Position numbers and translations under genes: made by a program. This document shows, piece after piece, positions 1 through 9,306 of a stretch of 64,000 nucleotides of DNA. Positions within the stretch are counted from its first letter, which is position 1; each line of letters begins with the position of its first letter. Under the pieces are notes generated by a model. It was not told where the DNA came from, did no database searches, and saw nothing but the letters and a program-made list of their open reading frames with translations. This stretch comes from a virus, in IMG/VR virus record IMGVR_UViG_3300017917_004176, positions 28,172 to 92,171 of that record; one strand, given 5' to 3'.

Positions 1-363
1 AGAACTAAAGATGATGTTTCTGCTTTAGAACAATTTGAAATATATAAAACATTTCAAAAATATTATACAGATATGAATACTTCAAATACAATCACAGTTA
101 AGCCTGATGAATGGACTGGATTATTCGAACAAATCTATGAAGACTGGGATCAATATGTTGGAGTTTCTTTCTTGGCTTTAGATGGTGGAACATATCAATT
201 AGCGCCATATGAGACCATTACAGAAGAAAAATATAAAGAATTATCTGCAGTTCATAATCCTCTGAGATTAGATTTACTTCAAGAGTATGATTTAAAACTA
301 TATTCTGAATTATTAGATGACACGATGGAAGGCTGCGAAGCTGGAGTTTGCCCAGTAAGATAA
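1..363 (+). CDS. nrdJ: Class II (B12-dependent) ribonucleotide reductase, C-terminal fragment (5' truncated by window)
   Basis: Frame is open from base 1 (RTKDDVSALEQFEIY...). Contains YQLAPYETITEE and a terminal redox pair CEAGVCPVR, like monomeric RTPR. Confidence 0.85.
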   Translation, partial: RTKDDVSALEQFEIYKTFQKYYTDMNTSNTITVKPDEWTGLFEQIYEDWDQYVGVSFLALDGGTYQLAPYETITEEKYKELSAVHNPLRLDLLQEYDLKLYSELLDDTMEGCEAGVCPVR

Positions 364-375
364 GGAGGAAGTTTT

Positions 376-1791
376 ATGAAATATGATGTTTTAATCGTTG
401 GAGCAGGACCTACTGGTATTTTTGCTGCATATGAACTTATAAATAAAAGCCCCAATCTAAAAGTATTGGTTTTGGATAAAGGACATGAAATTACAAGACG
501 CAATTGTCCTATATTAGAAGGTAGAATAGAAAAATGTCCACCACCAGCTGGTAAGAAAGATTATGCTGGATGCTTGCCTGCTTGTTCGATAACAAGCGGG
601 TTTGGTGGAGCTGGAGCCTATTCTGATGGTAAGTTTAATATAACTTCTGAGTTCGGGGGATGGATGTCCGAATACCTACCCCCCTCTCAAGTTTTAGATT
701 TAATTAAGTATGTAGATAAAATTAATCTAGAAATGGGCGCACCCCTAGAAAAGACTAACCCTAATTCTCCATATATAAATGAGATAGAAAAAAAGGCTAT
801 TTCGGCTGGTCTTAAATTATTGAAGGCAGAAGTAAGACATCTTGGAACTGAGCTCAATTTAGAAATCTTAAAAAGAATATATGATTCTTTGAAAAATAGA
901 GTTGAGTTTAGATTTAAGACTGAAGTTATTGATATTGAATTTCAAGATAATCAAGTTCAATCAGTCGTCACTAATAAAGGAGAAGTTTTACACGCAGAAA
1001 CCTTTATTATATGTCCTGGTCGAGATGGTTCTATTTGGTTAAAAAACTTATTATCAAAACAAAAAGTTAAGTTTACAAACAATCAAGTAGATATTGGAGT
1101 TCGAGTTGAAACTTCTGACGTTATTATGTCTGACATTAATAAACACTTATACGAGGCCAAGTTTATATACAATACTTCCTTCGGAACAAAAGTAAGAACT
1201 TTTTGCTCAAATCCATCTGGTCATGTTGTAGTAGAAAATCATTCTGGAACAATGCTTGCAAATGGTCATTCTTATAAAGACCCTGTTTTGGCAAGTACAA
1301 ATACAAACTTTGCTCTTCTTGTCTCTCATGTTTTTACAGAGCCATTTAATCTAACTAATGAATATGCTCATGAAATTGCAAGACTTGCAAACCACCTTTC
1401 AAATGGTGGATTGATTATTCAAAAGTTTGGAGATATAATGAAAAATCGTAGAAGCACAGACAAGAGAATAAAAGAAGGGTTTGTTGAGCCAACATTAAAA
1501 GAAGCAGTACCAGGTGATTTAGGATTAGCTCTTCCATATGTGACCATGAAAAGTCTGATAGAAATGATCGAAGCTCTTGATGTAGTTACTCCAGGAATAG
1601 CTTCTGAACATACATTATTATATGGAGTAGAAGCAAAATTTTATTCTTCTCGTCCACAGGTAGACAAGACTTTTAAAACTTCCATTGATAATTTATATGT
1701 TGGTGGAGATGGCGCAGGTCTAACTCGAGGATTAGCACAAGCTAGTGCATCGGGAGTTTGGATTGCTAGAAATATATCTGAAAATAGGTGA
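376..1791 (+). CDS. NAD(P)/FAD-dependent oxidoreductase (COG2509-like)
   Basis: Rossmann GAGPTG, Cys-rich [31 protein letters not shown]-terminal GDGAGLTRG. Confidence 0.85.
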   Translation: MKYDVLIVGAGPTGIFAAYELINKSPNLKVLVLDKGHEITRRNCPILEGRIEKCPPPAGKKDYAGCLPACSITSGFGGAGAYSDGKFNITSEFGGWMSEYLPPSQVLDLIKYVDKINLEMGAPLEKTNPNSPYINEIEKKAISAGLKLLKAEVRHLGTELNLEILKRIYDSLKNRVEFRFKTEVIDIEFQDNQVQSVVTNKGEVLHAETFIICPGRDGSIWLKNLLSKQKVKFTNNQVDIGVRVETSDVIMSDINKHLYEAKFIYNTSFGTKVRTFCSNPSGHVVVENHSGTMLANGHSYKDPVLASTNTNFALLVSHVFTEPFNLTNEYAHEIARLANHLSNGGLIIQKFGDIMKNRRSTDKRIKEGFVEPTLKEAVPGDLGLALPYVTMKSLIEMIEALDVVTPGIASEHTLLYGVEAKFYSSRPQVDKTFKTSIDNLYVGGDGAGLTRGLAQASASGVWIARNISENR

Positions 1792-1795
1792 ACAC

Positions 1796-2995
1796 ATGAG
1801 AGATACTAAAATACTAGATTTAATAAACAAAGAAGCAAAAAGACAAAAAAATAATATAGAGCTCATAGCTTCTGAGAACTTTGTTTCTCAAGATATTTTA
1901 TTGGCTCAAGGTTCCATACTCACAAATAAGTATGCAGAAGGATATCCTGGAAGCAGATACTATGGTGGGTGTGAATGGGTTGATGAAGTAGAGCGAGTTG
2001 CAATAGAAAGAGCAAAACAATTATTCGGCGCTGAACATGTTAATGTTCAACCACATTCTGGATCACAGGCAAATACTGCAGTTTATTCTGCGCTTTTAAC
2101 TCATGGTGATGTTGTTTTGGCAATGGACCTTGCACATGGTGGACATTTAACTCATGGAAGCCCAGTTAATTTTAGTGGTAAAACATACAATTTTTATCAC
2201 TATGGAGTTGATAAAGAAACTCATTTAATTGACTATGACCAGGTAAGAGAACAAGCTAAAAGACTTCAGCCAAAAATGATAGTTGCGGGTGCAAGCGCAT
2301 ATTCAAGAATAATTGATTTTGCAAAGTTTAGAGAAATAGCAGATGAAGTAGATGCTTATTTAATGGTTGATATGGCTCATATCTCAGGTTTAGTTGCAAC
2401 AGGTGCGCATCCAAGTCCAGTACCATATGCAGACTTTGTTACGTCAACAACACATAAAACCCTAAGAGGTCCTCGCGGTGGAATAATACTAAGTAAGAAA
2501 GAATATGGTCCTGCTATAGACAAAGCGATTTTCCCTGGTATACAAGGAGGTCCTTTGGTTCATGTTATAGCAGCTAAAGCCATATGTTTCAATGAGGCAT
2601 TAGATCCATCATTTAAGTTGTATATTGACAAAGTTGTTAGGAACTCAAAAAGATTTGCTCAAAATCTTCAAAACAATGGATTTGAAATTATTTCAGGTGG
2701 AACTGATAATCATCTTTTTTTAGTTAACGTTGCTAAAAAAGGACTTACAGGAAAACGAGTAGAAGAAAGTCTAGATGAAATAGGTATAACTCTAAATAAA
2801 AATTCCATTCCTTTTGACGAACTATCTTTTAAAGTGACTAGTGGTGTTAGAATTGGAACAGCCGCCGTAACCACCAGAGGTTTTGATGCTATTGAGATAG
2901 ATGAGGTCTCAGAGATAATAACTGACTTCCTCGGCAATAAAATAACAAAACAAGAAGCTAGTGATCGAGTCAAAGACTTGACCTACGTATTCTAA
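1796..2995 (+). CDS. glyA: Serine hydroxymethyltransferase
   Basis: [27 protein letters not shown] (PLP lysine). Start moved to ATG 1796. Confidence 0.97.
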   Translation: MRDTKILDLINKEAKRQKNNIELIASENFVSQDILLAQGSILTNKYAEGYPGSRYYGGCEWVDEVERVAIERAKQLFGAEHVNVQPHSGSQANTAVYSALLTHGDVVLAMDLAHGGHLTHGSPVNFSGKTYNFYHYGVDKETHLIDYDQVREQAKRLQPKMIVAGASAYSRIIDFAKFREIADEVDAYLMVDMAHISGLVATGAHPSPVPYADFVTSTTHKTLRGPRGGIILSKKEYGPAIDKAIFPGIQGGPLVHVIAAKAICFNEALDPSFKLYIDKVVRNSKRFAQNLQNNGFEIISGGTDNHLFLVNVAKKGLTGKRVEESLDEIGITLNKNSIPFDELSFKVTSGVRIGTAAVTTRGFDAIEIDEVSEIITDFLGNKITKQEASDRVKDLTYVF

Positions 2996-3012
2996 AAAAG
3001 GAGAACAAAAAT

Positions 3013-3504
3013 ATGGCAAATGTAAGTCCTAAGCTTGTAGAGATGTTGAATCAACAAATTGCACATGAAGGCTTAAACTCTCAAAAATATGCTTATATTG
3101 GAGCATGGTTGCAAAACAAAGGATTAAATAAAATTGGTGCACACTTTTTTCCAGGACAAACTGATGAAGAAAGAAGTCATCAAGATTTAATTCGTGATTA
3201 TTTAATTAAAAGAAATGAAAATGTTCAATCTTATGTTATTCCAGAATTTAAAATGGAACTGTCTGGCGTAACTCAAATTGCTCAATTTTATTTAGCAACA
3301 GAGCAAGAAACAACTGCAAAATTAAAAGCTATCGCACTAGCTGCTTTTGCAGAAGGAGATCTTTTAACTTTTGATTTTGCTATGGACATGGTTCATAAAC
3401 AATTAAATGAAGAAGATGAGGCTATTACTTTCTTGGATAAAGCTATTATGGCTGATGATGCTCCAGAAGTATTATTGCTTTGGGATGCAAATTTTTCACT
3501 ATAA
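3013..3504 (+). CDS. Non-heme ferritin (FtnA-like)
   Basis: 163 aa; LNQQIAHE, EERSH, EQE, QLNEEDE ferroxidase-centre pattern. Confidence 0.85.
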   Translation: MANVSPKLVEMLNQQIAHEGLNSQKYAYIGAWLQNKGLNKIGAHFFPGQTDEERSHQDLIRDYLIKRNENVQSYVIPEFKMELSGVTQIAQFYLATEQETTAKLKAIALAAFAEGDLLTFDFAMDMVHKQLNEEDEAITFLDKAIMADDAPEVLLLWDANFSL

Positions 3505-3522
3505 TATAAAGGGGGGTTTAAA

Positions 3523-4380
3523 ATGCCCTTAAAAAGAGATAGTTCTGATAAGTCTTTTAGAATGAATGTTTCTTTCTTAATAAGAGAGGGATATCTACAA
3601 GAGCAAGCTGAATTAATTGCTTTACAGATACAGAAAAAATCTGCATCTCGAGTTGTGACTGCAGAAGAAAAACTTTCTCAAATTGATTTTATTGAACTAG
3701 AAAAAATAATGGATAGTATAGAAGCAATTGAAGATGAGAATGATCAATTGAGTAAAAGATATGATATGGGTAGTATAAAAGATATTGGCCCAAGTGGAAA
3801 GCATTTAATATACTATACTACTGAAACAAAAGATCTTCAACTTCTAGAAGACGTAAAATTTTGGAATATGTTTATGGATGAATTGGATTCTTTCCCTTAT
3901 GAAACTCATATTGAAAACGAAGAAGATAGAATTATTATTGTATCGAATATTCATGAAGAAGATGAATATGAGTTTGGAAAAAAGAAAACTGGTGCTAGTA
4001 CACCAGCTCCAGCAAAAGATAGAATAAAAGGCAGTGAAAAAAATAAGCCTGGAACTGCAAAAGGTCCTGGTGGAGATATTGATATTGATGAAAGTACAGA
4101 AGCTGGATTAAAAAATAAAGTTTCTGAGCATAATGAAAAAATGAAAAAACTTGGAAAGCCAGACTGGTCTAAGGCTACCTTGGGACAGCTAAAAGCTGTG
4201 TATAGAAGAGGTGCAGGAGCATACTCACAATCTCATAGACCTGGTGTGTCTAGAGGTGCATGGGCGATGGCAAGAGTCAATGCATATTTGTATCTTTTAA
4301 AAAATGGTAGACCTAAGAGTAAAAACTATGTAACAGACAATGATTTACTTCCAGAAAAACACCCAAAATCTACAAGATAA
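3523..4380 (+). CDS. Hypothetical protein, paralog of next ORF plus a basic C-terminal domain
   Basis: N-terminal ~140 aa aligns with 4398-5006. C-terminal VYRRGAGAYSQSHRPG...WAMARVNAY...DNDLLP domain. Confidence 0.7.
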   Translation: MPLKRDSSDKSFRMNVSFLIREGYLQEQAELIALQIQKKSASRVVTAEEKLSQIDFIELEKIMDSIEAIEDENDQLSKRYDMGSIKDIGPSGKHLIYYTTETKDLQLLEDVKFWNMFMDELDSFPYETHIENEEDRIIIVSNIHEEDEYEFGKKKTGASTPAPAKDRIKGSEKNKPGTAKGPGGDIDIDESTEAGLKNKVSEHNEKMKKLGKPDWSKATLGQLKAVYRRGAGAYSQSHRPGVSRGAWAMARVNAYLYLLKNGRPKSKNYVTDNDLLPEKHPKSTR

Positions 4381-4397
4381 AAAAAGGAGGTTATAAC

Positions 4398-5006
4398 GTG
4401 CCATTAAAGAAAAGTCCATCTGATAAGGCTGCACAAGCCAATATCAGAACTTTAATTAAAGAGGGCTATCCTAGAGAGCAAGCCGTAGCTATAGCTCTAG
4501 ATATCCAAAGAAAAGAAGCTGAAAAGACAAAAGCAGAGCTAAAAACTCCGCAACAAAAAATTGAAGAGATAGATTTTAAGGCTCTTCATGACGAGCTTCT
4601 TTCTGCAAAAGCTATCAAAGATCCGCAGCATGGACACTCAACTCGCTATGCATATGTTGGAACTGTTGCCGATTTAACTCCTAGTGGAAAGCACTATATA
4701 TATTGGTCAGAAGATCACTCAAATCCAGAAATTGAAGCAGATGTTGAATTTTGGTCTATGTTTGAAGCAGAGTTAGAAAAATTTGATTTTCCTGTTTGGT
4801 TGGAAAATAATAAAGATGAAATTCTATTGGGCGCTTATTTTGCAGAAGATCAAAACTTTGTTGAACAACCTTCTGATGCTATTGAGGCTATGACAACTGA
4901 AGATTCAGTTGTAATAGATGAAGAGACTTCATATCAAGTAAATAATGAAGATGCTGAAGAAAATTCTCTTGGTGCTATATTAAATAAATTAATTACTAAA
5001 AAATAA
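4398..5006 (+). CDS. Hypothetical acidic protein, paralog of previous ORF
   Basis: AGGAGG RBS, GTG start; MPLKK...NIRTLIKEGYPREQAVAIAL and PSGKH...D.EFW.MF..EL shared motifs. Confidence 0.7.
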   Translation: MPLKKSPSDKAAQANIRTLIKEGYPREQAVAIALDIQRKEAEKTKAELKTPQQKIEEIDFKALHDELLSAKAIKDPQHGHSTRYAYVGTVADLTPSGKHYIYWSEDHSNPEIEADVEFWSMFEAELEKFDFPVWLENNKDEILLGAYFAEDQNFVEQPSDAIEAMTTEDSVVIDEETSYQVNNEDAEENSLGAILNKLITKK

Positions 5007-5024
5007 ATTTGAGGAGTAAGTAAT

Positions 5025-5285
5025 ATGAAAATTATTAAATTTTCTGCAGAATGGTGTGGCCCTTGTAAAATGTTAGATAAACAATTACCCCAAGTAATTG
5101 AGCATTTTGAATCCAAGGGAATCGCTTTAGAAATTGAAAAAATAGATATTGACTTAGACAAAGAAAAAGCTGAGCAATATGATATTATGGGAGTTCCAAC
5201 TTTAATCTTGGAACCATCTCAAAAAAGATTAGTTGGTTATATGCCAGCTGCAAAATTAATCGAGGAACTTGAAGCACAAAATTAA
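5025..5285 (+). CDS. trxA: Thioredoxin
   Basis: WCGPC active site, GVPTL cis-Pro motif. Confidence 0.9.
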   Translation: MKIIKFSAEWCGPCKMLDKQLPQVIEHFESKGIALEIEKIDIDLDKEKAEQYDIMGVPTLILEPSQKRLVGYMPAAKLIEELEAQN

Positions 5286-5314
5286 TTGACAAAATATAAT
5301 ATTTTTGATATAAT
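5286..5314 (+). promoter_or_regulatory. Sigma-A consensus promoter
   Basis: TTGACA-17-TATAAT with extended TG. Confidence 0.85.
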
Positions 5315-5353
5315 TATTATATGGTCTTATTTTTATAAAAAAGGAGAGTTATT

Positions 5354-5539
5354 ATGTCCAATAAAAAATTATTCTTTCAATGTTTCTCAATTAACTTTCA
5401 TCGTTTTCTAAAAGCAAATGGTCTAAGAGCGATGAGCAAAAATGTCCACGCAAATGGAAAAACCTTTTGGGTTTATGAGCGCACAGAACAATTTGAAAAA
5501 TGCCTTAAAATTTGGCACGATACTAAGCCCGTGAAATAG
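5354..5539 (+). CDS. Small hypothetical phage protein
   Basis: 61 aa, own promoter and AAGGAG RBS. Confidence 0.7.
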   Translation: MSNKKLFFQCFSINFHRFLKANGLRAMSKNVHANGKTFWVYERTEQFEKCLKIWHDTKPVK

Positions 5540-5540
5540 G

Positions 5541-5569
5541 TTGACAAATCCTTATATTTTTGATATAAT
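5541..5569 (+). promoter_or_regulatory. Sigma-A consensus promoter (BMP-qcrBC)
   Basis: TTGACA-17-TATAAT with extended TG. Confidence 0.85.
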
Positions 5570-5607
5570 ATAATTGTAATACAAAATAAATATAAGGAGA
5601 ATTGTCT

Positions 5608-6681
5608 ATGCAAAAACGTTTTATTCTTATCTTTTCAATCTTTGCAGCACTTTCTTTAGTTCTTTCTGCCTGTGGTGGAACGACTGAAGAAACTAAGTTT
5701 AAAGTTGGTATGGTTACTGACGCTGGTACGATTGATGACAAATCTTTCAACCAAGGAACTTGGGAAGGTGTTTTAAAAGCTGGTAGTGATTTTAATTTAG
5801 ATACTGTATATCTAAAACCAACTGGAACCACTCAAGCAGATTATCTAAGAGAAATCACAAATTTATATGATACTGGTTACAAGCTTATTGTAACACCAGG
5901 CTTTAAATTTGAAACTACTATTTTTGAAGCTCAAACAAAATATCCTGATGCAAAATTCATTTTAATTGATGGATATCCTCATGCAGGAGATTGGGCTCCA
6001 GTAGTTGGAGAGAATACAGTTTCTATCTTCTTCGCAGAACATCAATCGGGCTTCCTAGCTGGTTTGGCTACTGCACTAGAAATTGGAACTGGTAAGGTTG
6101 GTTTTATTGGCGGTATGGAAATTCCTCCAGTTCAAAAATTCAACTGGGGCTTCCAACAAGGTGTTGCTTATGCAAATGCTAATTTTGGAACTACAGTAAC
6201 TATTGCTCCAGAAGATGTTGTTTATCAAGGTTCATTCGATAATGTGCAAGCTGGTAAAACTATCGCTGCTGCTATGTATGAACGCGGAGTTAAAGTTATC
6301 TTTGCTGCTGCAGGTGGAGTTGGCGTAGGTGCTATCTCTGAAGCTAAAGATCGTGCATTAGCTGGCGAAGAAGTATGGATTGTTGGAGTAGATGTTGACC
6401 AATATGCTGAAGGAGTTTATACAGATGGTAAGTCAATCATCTTAACTTCTGCTATGAAATATATTGATCAAGCTGCGTATGATATGATTAAAGCTGAATT
6501 AGATGGAACATTCCCAGGTGGAGAAATCTTAACTTTCGATGTTACAAATAATGGAGTAGGTATTCCAAAAGAAAATCCTAATCTTTCAGCTGAAACTGTT
6601 GGCAAAGTAAATGAAGTTCTTGAATTATTAAAAGAGGGAACTGTTACTGTATCTGCTGAGCAAGGCAATTTAATTAAGTAA
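5608..6681 (+). CDS. BMP/PnrA-family ABC substrate-binding lipoprotein (nucleoside-binding type)
   Basis: Lipobox LSAC; DAGTIDDKSFNQGTWEG, IGGMEIPPV, GVDVDQ, TSAMK. Start ATG 5608 or TTG 5602. Confidence 0.9.
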   Translation: MQKRFILIFSIFAALSLVLSACGGTTEETKFKVGMVTDAGTIDDKSFNQGTWEGVLKAGSDFNLDTVYLKPTGTTQADYLREITNLYDTGYKLIVTPGFKFETTIFEAQTKYPDAKFILIDGYPHAGDWAPVVGENTVSIFFAEHQSGFLAGLATALEIGTGKVGFIGGMEIPPVQKFNWGFQQGVAYANANFGTTVTIAPEDVVYQGSFDNVQAGKTIAAAMYERGVKVIFAAAGGVGVGAISEAKDRALAGEEVWIVGVDVDQYAEGVYTDGKSIILTSAMKYIDQAAYDMIKAELDGTFPGGEILTFDVTNNGVGIPKENPNLSAETVGKVNEVLELLKEGTVTVSAEQGNLIK

Positions 6682-6687
6682 TATATC

Positions 6688-6734
6688 TTTAAGTGGTGCT
6701 ATCTGGCGGCCCACTCTAAAAAATAAAAGCCAGA
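6688..6734 (+). promoter_or_regulatory. Candidate H-type pseudoknot upstream of qcrB
   Basis: AGTGG(6692-96)/CCACT(6711-15) stem; loop TCTGGC(6702-07) is complementary to GCCAGA(6729-34) after an A-rich linker. Confidence 0.4.
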
Positions 6735-6772
6735 GTTTTATTATAAGGGCGAATTTAAAGGAGTGATGATCC

Positions 6773-7447
6773 ATGTTAAATCGCATTTATGACTGGATTG
6801 ATGAGCGCCTAGATATTACACCTATTTGGCGAGATATCGCCGATCATGAAGTCCCAGAGCATGTAAATCCCGCACATCATTTTTCTGCATTCGTATACTG
6901 CTTTGGAGGACTTACATTTTTTGTTACTGTCATACAAATATTATCTGGAATGTTCTTAACAATGTACTATGTTCCAGATATTGAAAATGCTTGGCAATCG
7001 GTTTACTATTTACAAAATGAAGTTGCATTTGGACAGATTGTTCGTGGTATGCATCATTGGGGTGCAAGTGTTGTTATTGTTATGATGTTCTTACACACAC
7101 TTAGAGTTTTCTTTCAAGGTGCCTATAAAAAACCACGCGAAATGAATTGGGTAGTAGGAGTTCTAATCTTCTTTGTTATGTTGGCCCTTGGTTTCACTGG
7201 ATATTTACTACCATGGGACATGAAAGCATTATTTGCTACAAAAGTTGGCCTGCAAATTGCAGAAGCAACACCATTTATAGGACCACTATTGAAAACATTA
7301 TTAGCTGGATCAGCAGATGTTGTTGGGGCTCAAACATTAGCACGATTCTTTGCGATCCATGTATTCTTTCTACCTGCAGCACTTTTTGCCTTATTAGCAG
7401 CTCATTTTATTTTTATTCGCAAACAAGGCATATCAGGGCCTTTGTAA
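6773..7447 (+). CDS. qcrB: Menaquinol:cytochrome c reductase cytochrome b6-type subunit
   Basis: 224 aa; YCFGG (heme ci Cys), RGMHHWGAS, LHTLRVF, GYLLPWD, FAIHVFFLP...AAHF heme b ligands. Confidence 0.97.
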   Translation: MLNRIYDWIDERLDITPIWRDIADHEVPEHVNPAHHFSAFVYCFGGLTFFVTVIQILSGMFLTMYYVPDIENAWQSVYYLQNEVAFGQIVRGMHHWGASVVIVMMFLHTLRVFFQGAYKKPREMNWVVGVLIFFVMLALGFTGYLLPWDMKALFATKVGLQIAEATPFIGPLLKTLLAGSADVVGAQTLARFFAIHVFFLPAALFALLAAHFIFIRKQGISGPL

Positions 7448-7471
7448 GTTGAATAAGGGAGATGAACATAT

Positions 7472-8233
7472 ATGCAACGCGGAAAAGGAATGAAATTTGT
7501 TGGAGATTCTCGCATATCAGCAGATCGAAAGCCAAATATACCAAAAGATTATTCAGAATATCCTGGTAAGACAGAGGCTTTTTGGCCGAATTTTCTTCTT
7601 CGAGAATGGATGGTTGGGTCAGTATTTTTAATTGGATTTTTATTTTTAACTGCCGCACATTCAGCCCCACTAGAAAGAATTGCAGATCCAACTGATACAA
7701 ACTACATACCATTACCAGACTGGTACTTTTTATTTCTATATCAGCTATTGAAATACACATATGCCTCTGGTCCATATACTGTTATTGGTGGACTAGTGCT
7801 TCCTGGAATTGCCTTTGGAGCATTACTTTTAGCGCCATTTTTAGATCGTAGTGAGCATAGACGCCCATGGAAACGACCTTTGGCTACTTCATTTATGCTA
7901 TTAGGAACAGCTGCAACTATCTACTTAACGTGGGAGTCTGTAGTAACAACAGATTGGAATAAACGAGAAGAACAGGGAAAAATTGTGGAAGAAAAAGAAA
8001 TTGATACAAAAGCAGAAGGATATATATTATTGTCGAATAATGGTTGTATATCTTGTCATGGAAATGATTTGGCGGGTGGCGCTGTTGGCCCAACATTAAT
8101 TAATACTGGACTAACTTCTGAAGAAATAAAATCAATTGCGATTAATGGAGTAGGCAATATGCCTGCTGGAATATTTAAGGGCACACAAGAAGAACTGCAA
8201 ATATTGGCTGATTATTTAGCCGAATTAAAATGA
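7472..8233 (+). CDS. qcrC: Menaquinol:cytochrome c reductase cytochrome b/c subunit
   Basis: MQRGKGMKFVGDSR start, PLPDWYFLF (PEWY equivalent), CISCH heme c motif, MPAG axial Met. Confidence 0.95.
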   Translation: MQRGKGMKFVGDSRISADRKPNIPKDYSEYPGKTEAFWPNFLLREWMVGSVFLIGFLFLTAAHSAPLERIADPTDTNYIPLPDWYFLFLYQLLKYTYASGPYTVIGGLVLPGIAFGALLLAPFLDRSEHRRPWKRPLATSFMLLGTAATIYLTWESVVTTDWNKREEQGKIVEEKEIDTKAEGYILLSNNGCISCHGNDLAGGAVGPTLINTGLTSEEIKSIAINGVGNMPAGIFKGTQEELQILADYLAELK

Positions 8234-8260
8234 TATGAATTTGAAGGGTAGAGCGCCAAA

Positions 8261-8428
8261 ATGAAGGGTAGAATGGTTAAAATATTAAAAGAACATGGAA
8301 TTAGAAGAGATCCTGAGACTCTTGAAAAACTTGAAAGAATAAAGACTCATCGAATTATAAACCTTTATTACAAAGAAATTGTAGACAAAGGGCTCTTAGA
8401 TTCAGTTGACAAAAATAAAAATTCATGA
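8261..8428 (+). CDS. Small YflJ/DUF2639-like protein (not in ORF track)
   Basis: Hand translation: MKGRMVKILKEHGIRRDPETLEKLERIKTHRIINLYYKEIVDKGLLDSVDKNKNS (55 aa); resembles Bacillus YflJ from recall. Confidence 0.55.
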   Translation: MKGRMVKILKEHGIRRDPETLEKLERIKTHRIINLYYKEIVDKGLLDSVDKNKNS

Positions 8429-8434
8429 TATAAT
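8406..8434 (+). promoter_or_regulatory. Sigma-A consensus promoter for replication genes
   Basis: TTGACA-17-TATAAT with extended TG. Confidence 0.85.
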
Positions 8435-8469
8435 AGGTATATAATTAAATAAATGGAGGAATAAATTCA

Positions 8470-9306
8470 ATGAAAAAAATGATTAACAAGACAGTAGTTG
8501 AAGGCGTTTTGCTTGAAAAAGAATTACGCTCTGGTGTGGCAGAAAAATCTGGAGTGAAGTATATTGCAGGCAAATTACATCTTGAAACTGAAGATGGCAA
8601 TACTATTTCAGTAGAGCTTTATGAAGGAGAAAAAACTTCAAAAGGTCTAGAAAATCCTAAGTTTGCTACTTTAAAAAGCATTTATGATAATGCTAAAACA
8701 AAGCATAGTGGTGCAGAAAAACCAACTCTTTTAAAGATTAATTCTGCATTTGGAACAAATGATTGGTATAATAAAGAAGGAGAGCTTGTTTGCTCTTTAG
8801 TAAATAAAGGTGGATATATTAATGTTGTATCTGCTACATCTCCTAAATCTGAATTTGAAGTAGATGTTGTTATTCAATCAGTAGTTCCTGAGATTCGCAA
8901 TGAAGTAGAAACTGGTCGCGCTTACGTTAATGGTTTAATTTTTAACTATGCTAACCAAGCCCTTCCTGCTAAGTTTGTTGTTGATAATCCTAAAGGTGTA
9001 GCTTTCTTTGCTGCTCTGCCAAAAAATACTTTTACTCGCGTTTGGGGAAAACAAGTTAACTCTAGTGTAACTTCTGAGCGCATGGAAGAGTCTGCTTTTG
9101 GCGATGCTAAAGTTGCAAAAACTTCTTATACTCGTAAAGAGTTTGTTATTACTGGTGCACAAGTTGAACCATATGATGACATGCAATTAACTGCAGATGA
9201 ACTTAATACTGCTATTCAAAATCGTAATTTAGCTATGGCAGAATTAAAAAATCGAACAGTATCAAAAGAAACTTCAAAACCAGCTTTTGGTGGATTCTCA
9301 TTCTAA
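8470..9306 (+). CDS. Putative single-stranded DNA-binding protein (tandem OB-like)
   Basis: INKTVVEGVL start, two beta-rich halves, aromatic C-terminal tail, upstream of Sak4-like ATPase. Confidence 0.55.
   Translation: MKKMINKTVVEGVLLEKELRSGVAEKSGVKYIAGKLHLETEDGNTISVELYEGEKTSKGLENPKFATLKSIYDNAKTKHSGAEKPTLLKINSAFGTNDWYNKEGELVCSLVNKGGYINVVSATSPKSEFEVDVVIQSVVPEIRNEVETGRAYVNGLIFNYANQALPAKFVVDNPKGVAFFAALPKNTFTRVWGKQVNSSVTSERMEESAFGDAKVAKTSYTRKEFVITGAQVEPYDDMQLTADELNTAIQNRNLAMAELKNRTVSKETSKPAFGGFSF

Noticed and set aside
6692-6734. preQ1-I riboswitch
   Set aside because: The architecture is similar but the loop lacks the UUC...C consensus and the downstream gene is unrelated to queuosine. Kept only as a generic pseudoknot candidate.
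376-8233. Bacterial chromosome flank of a prophage
   Set aside because: Genes come from unrelated host loci, operons are incomplete (no qcrA, no ABC permeases), phage-type ORFs are interleaved, and no integrase or att site is seen. Read-level confirmation is still needed.
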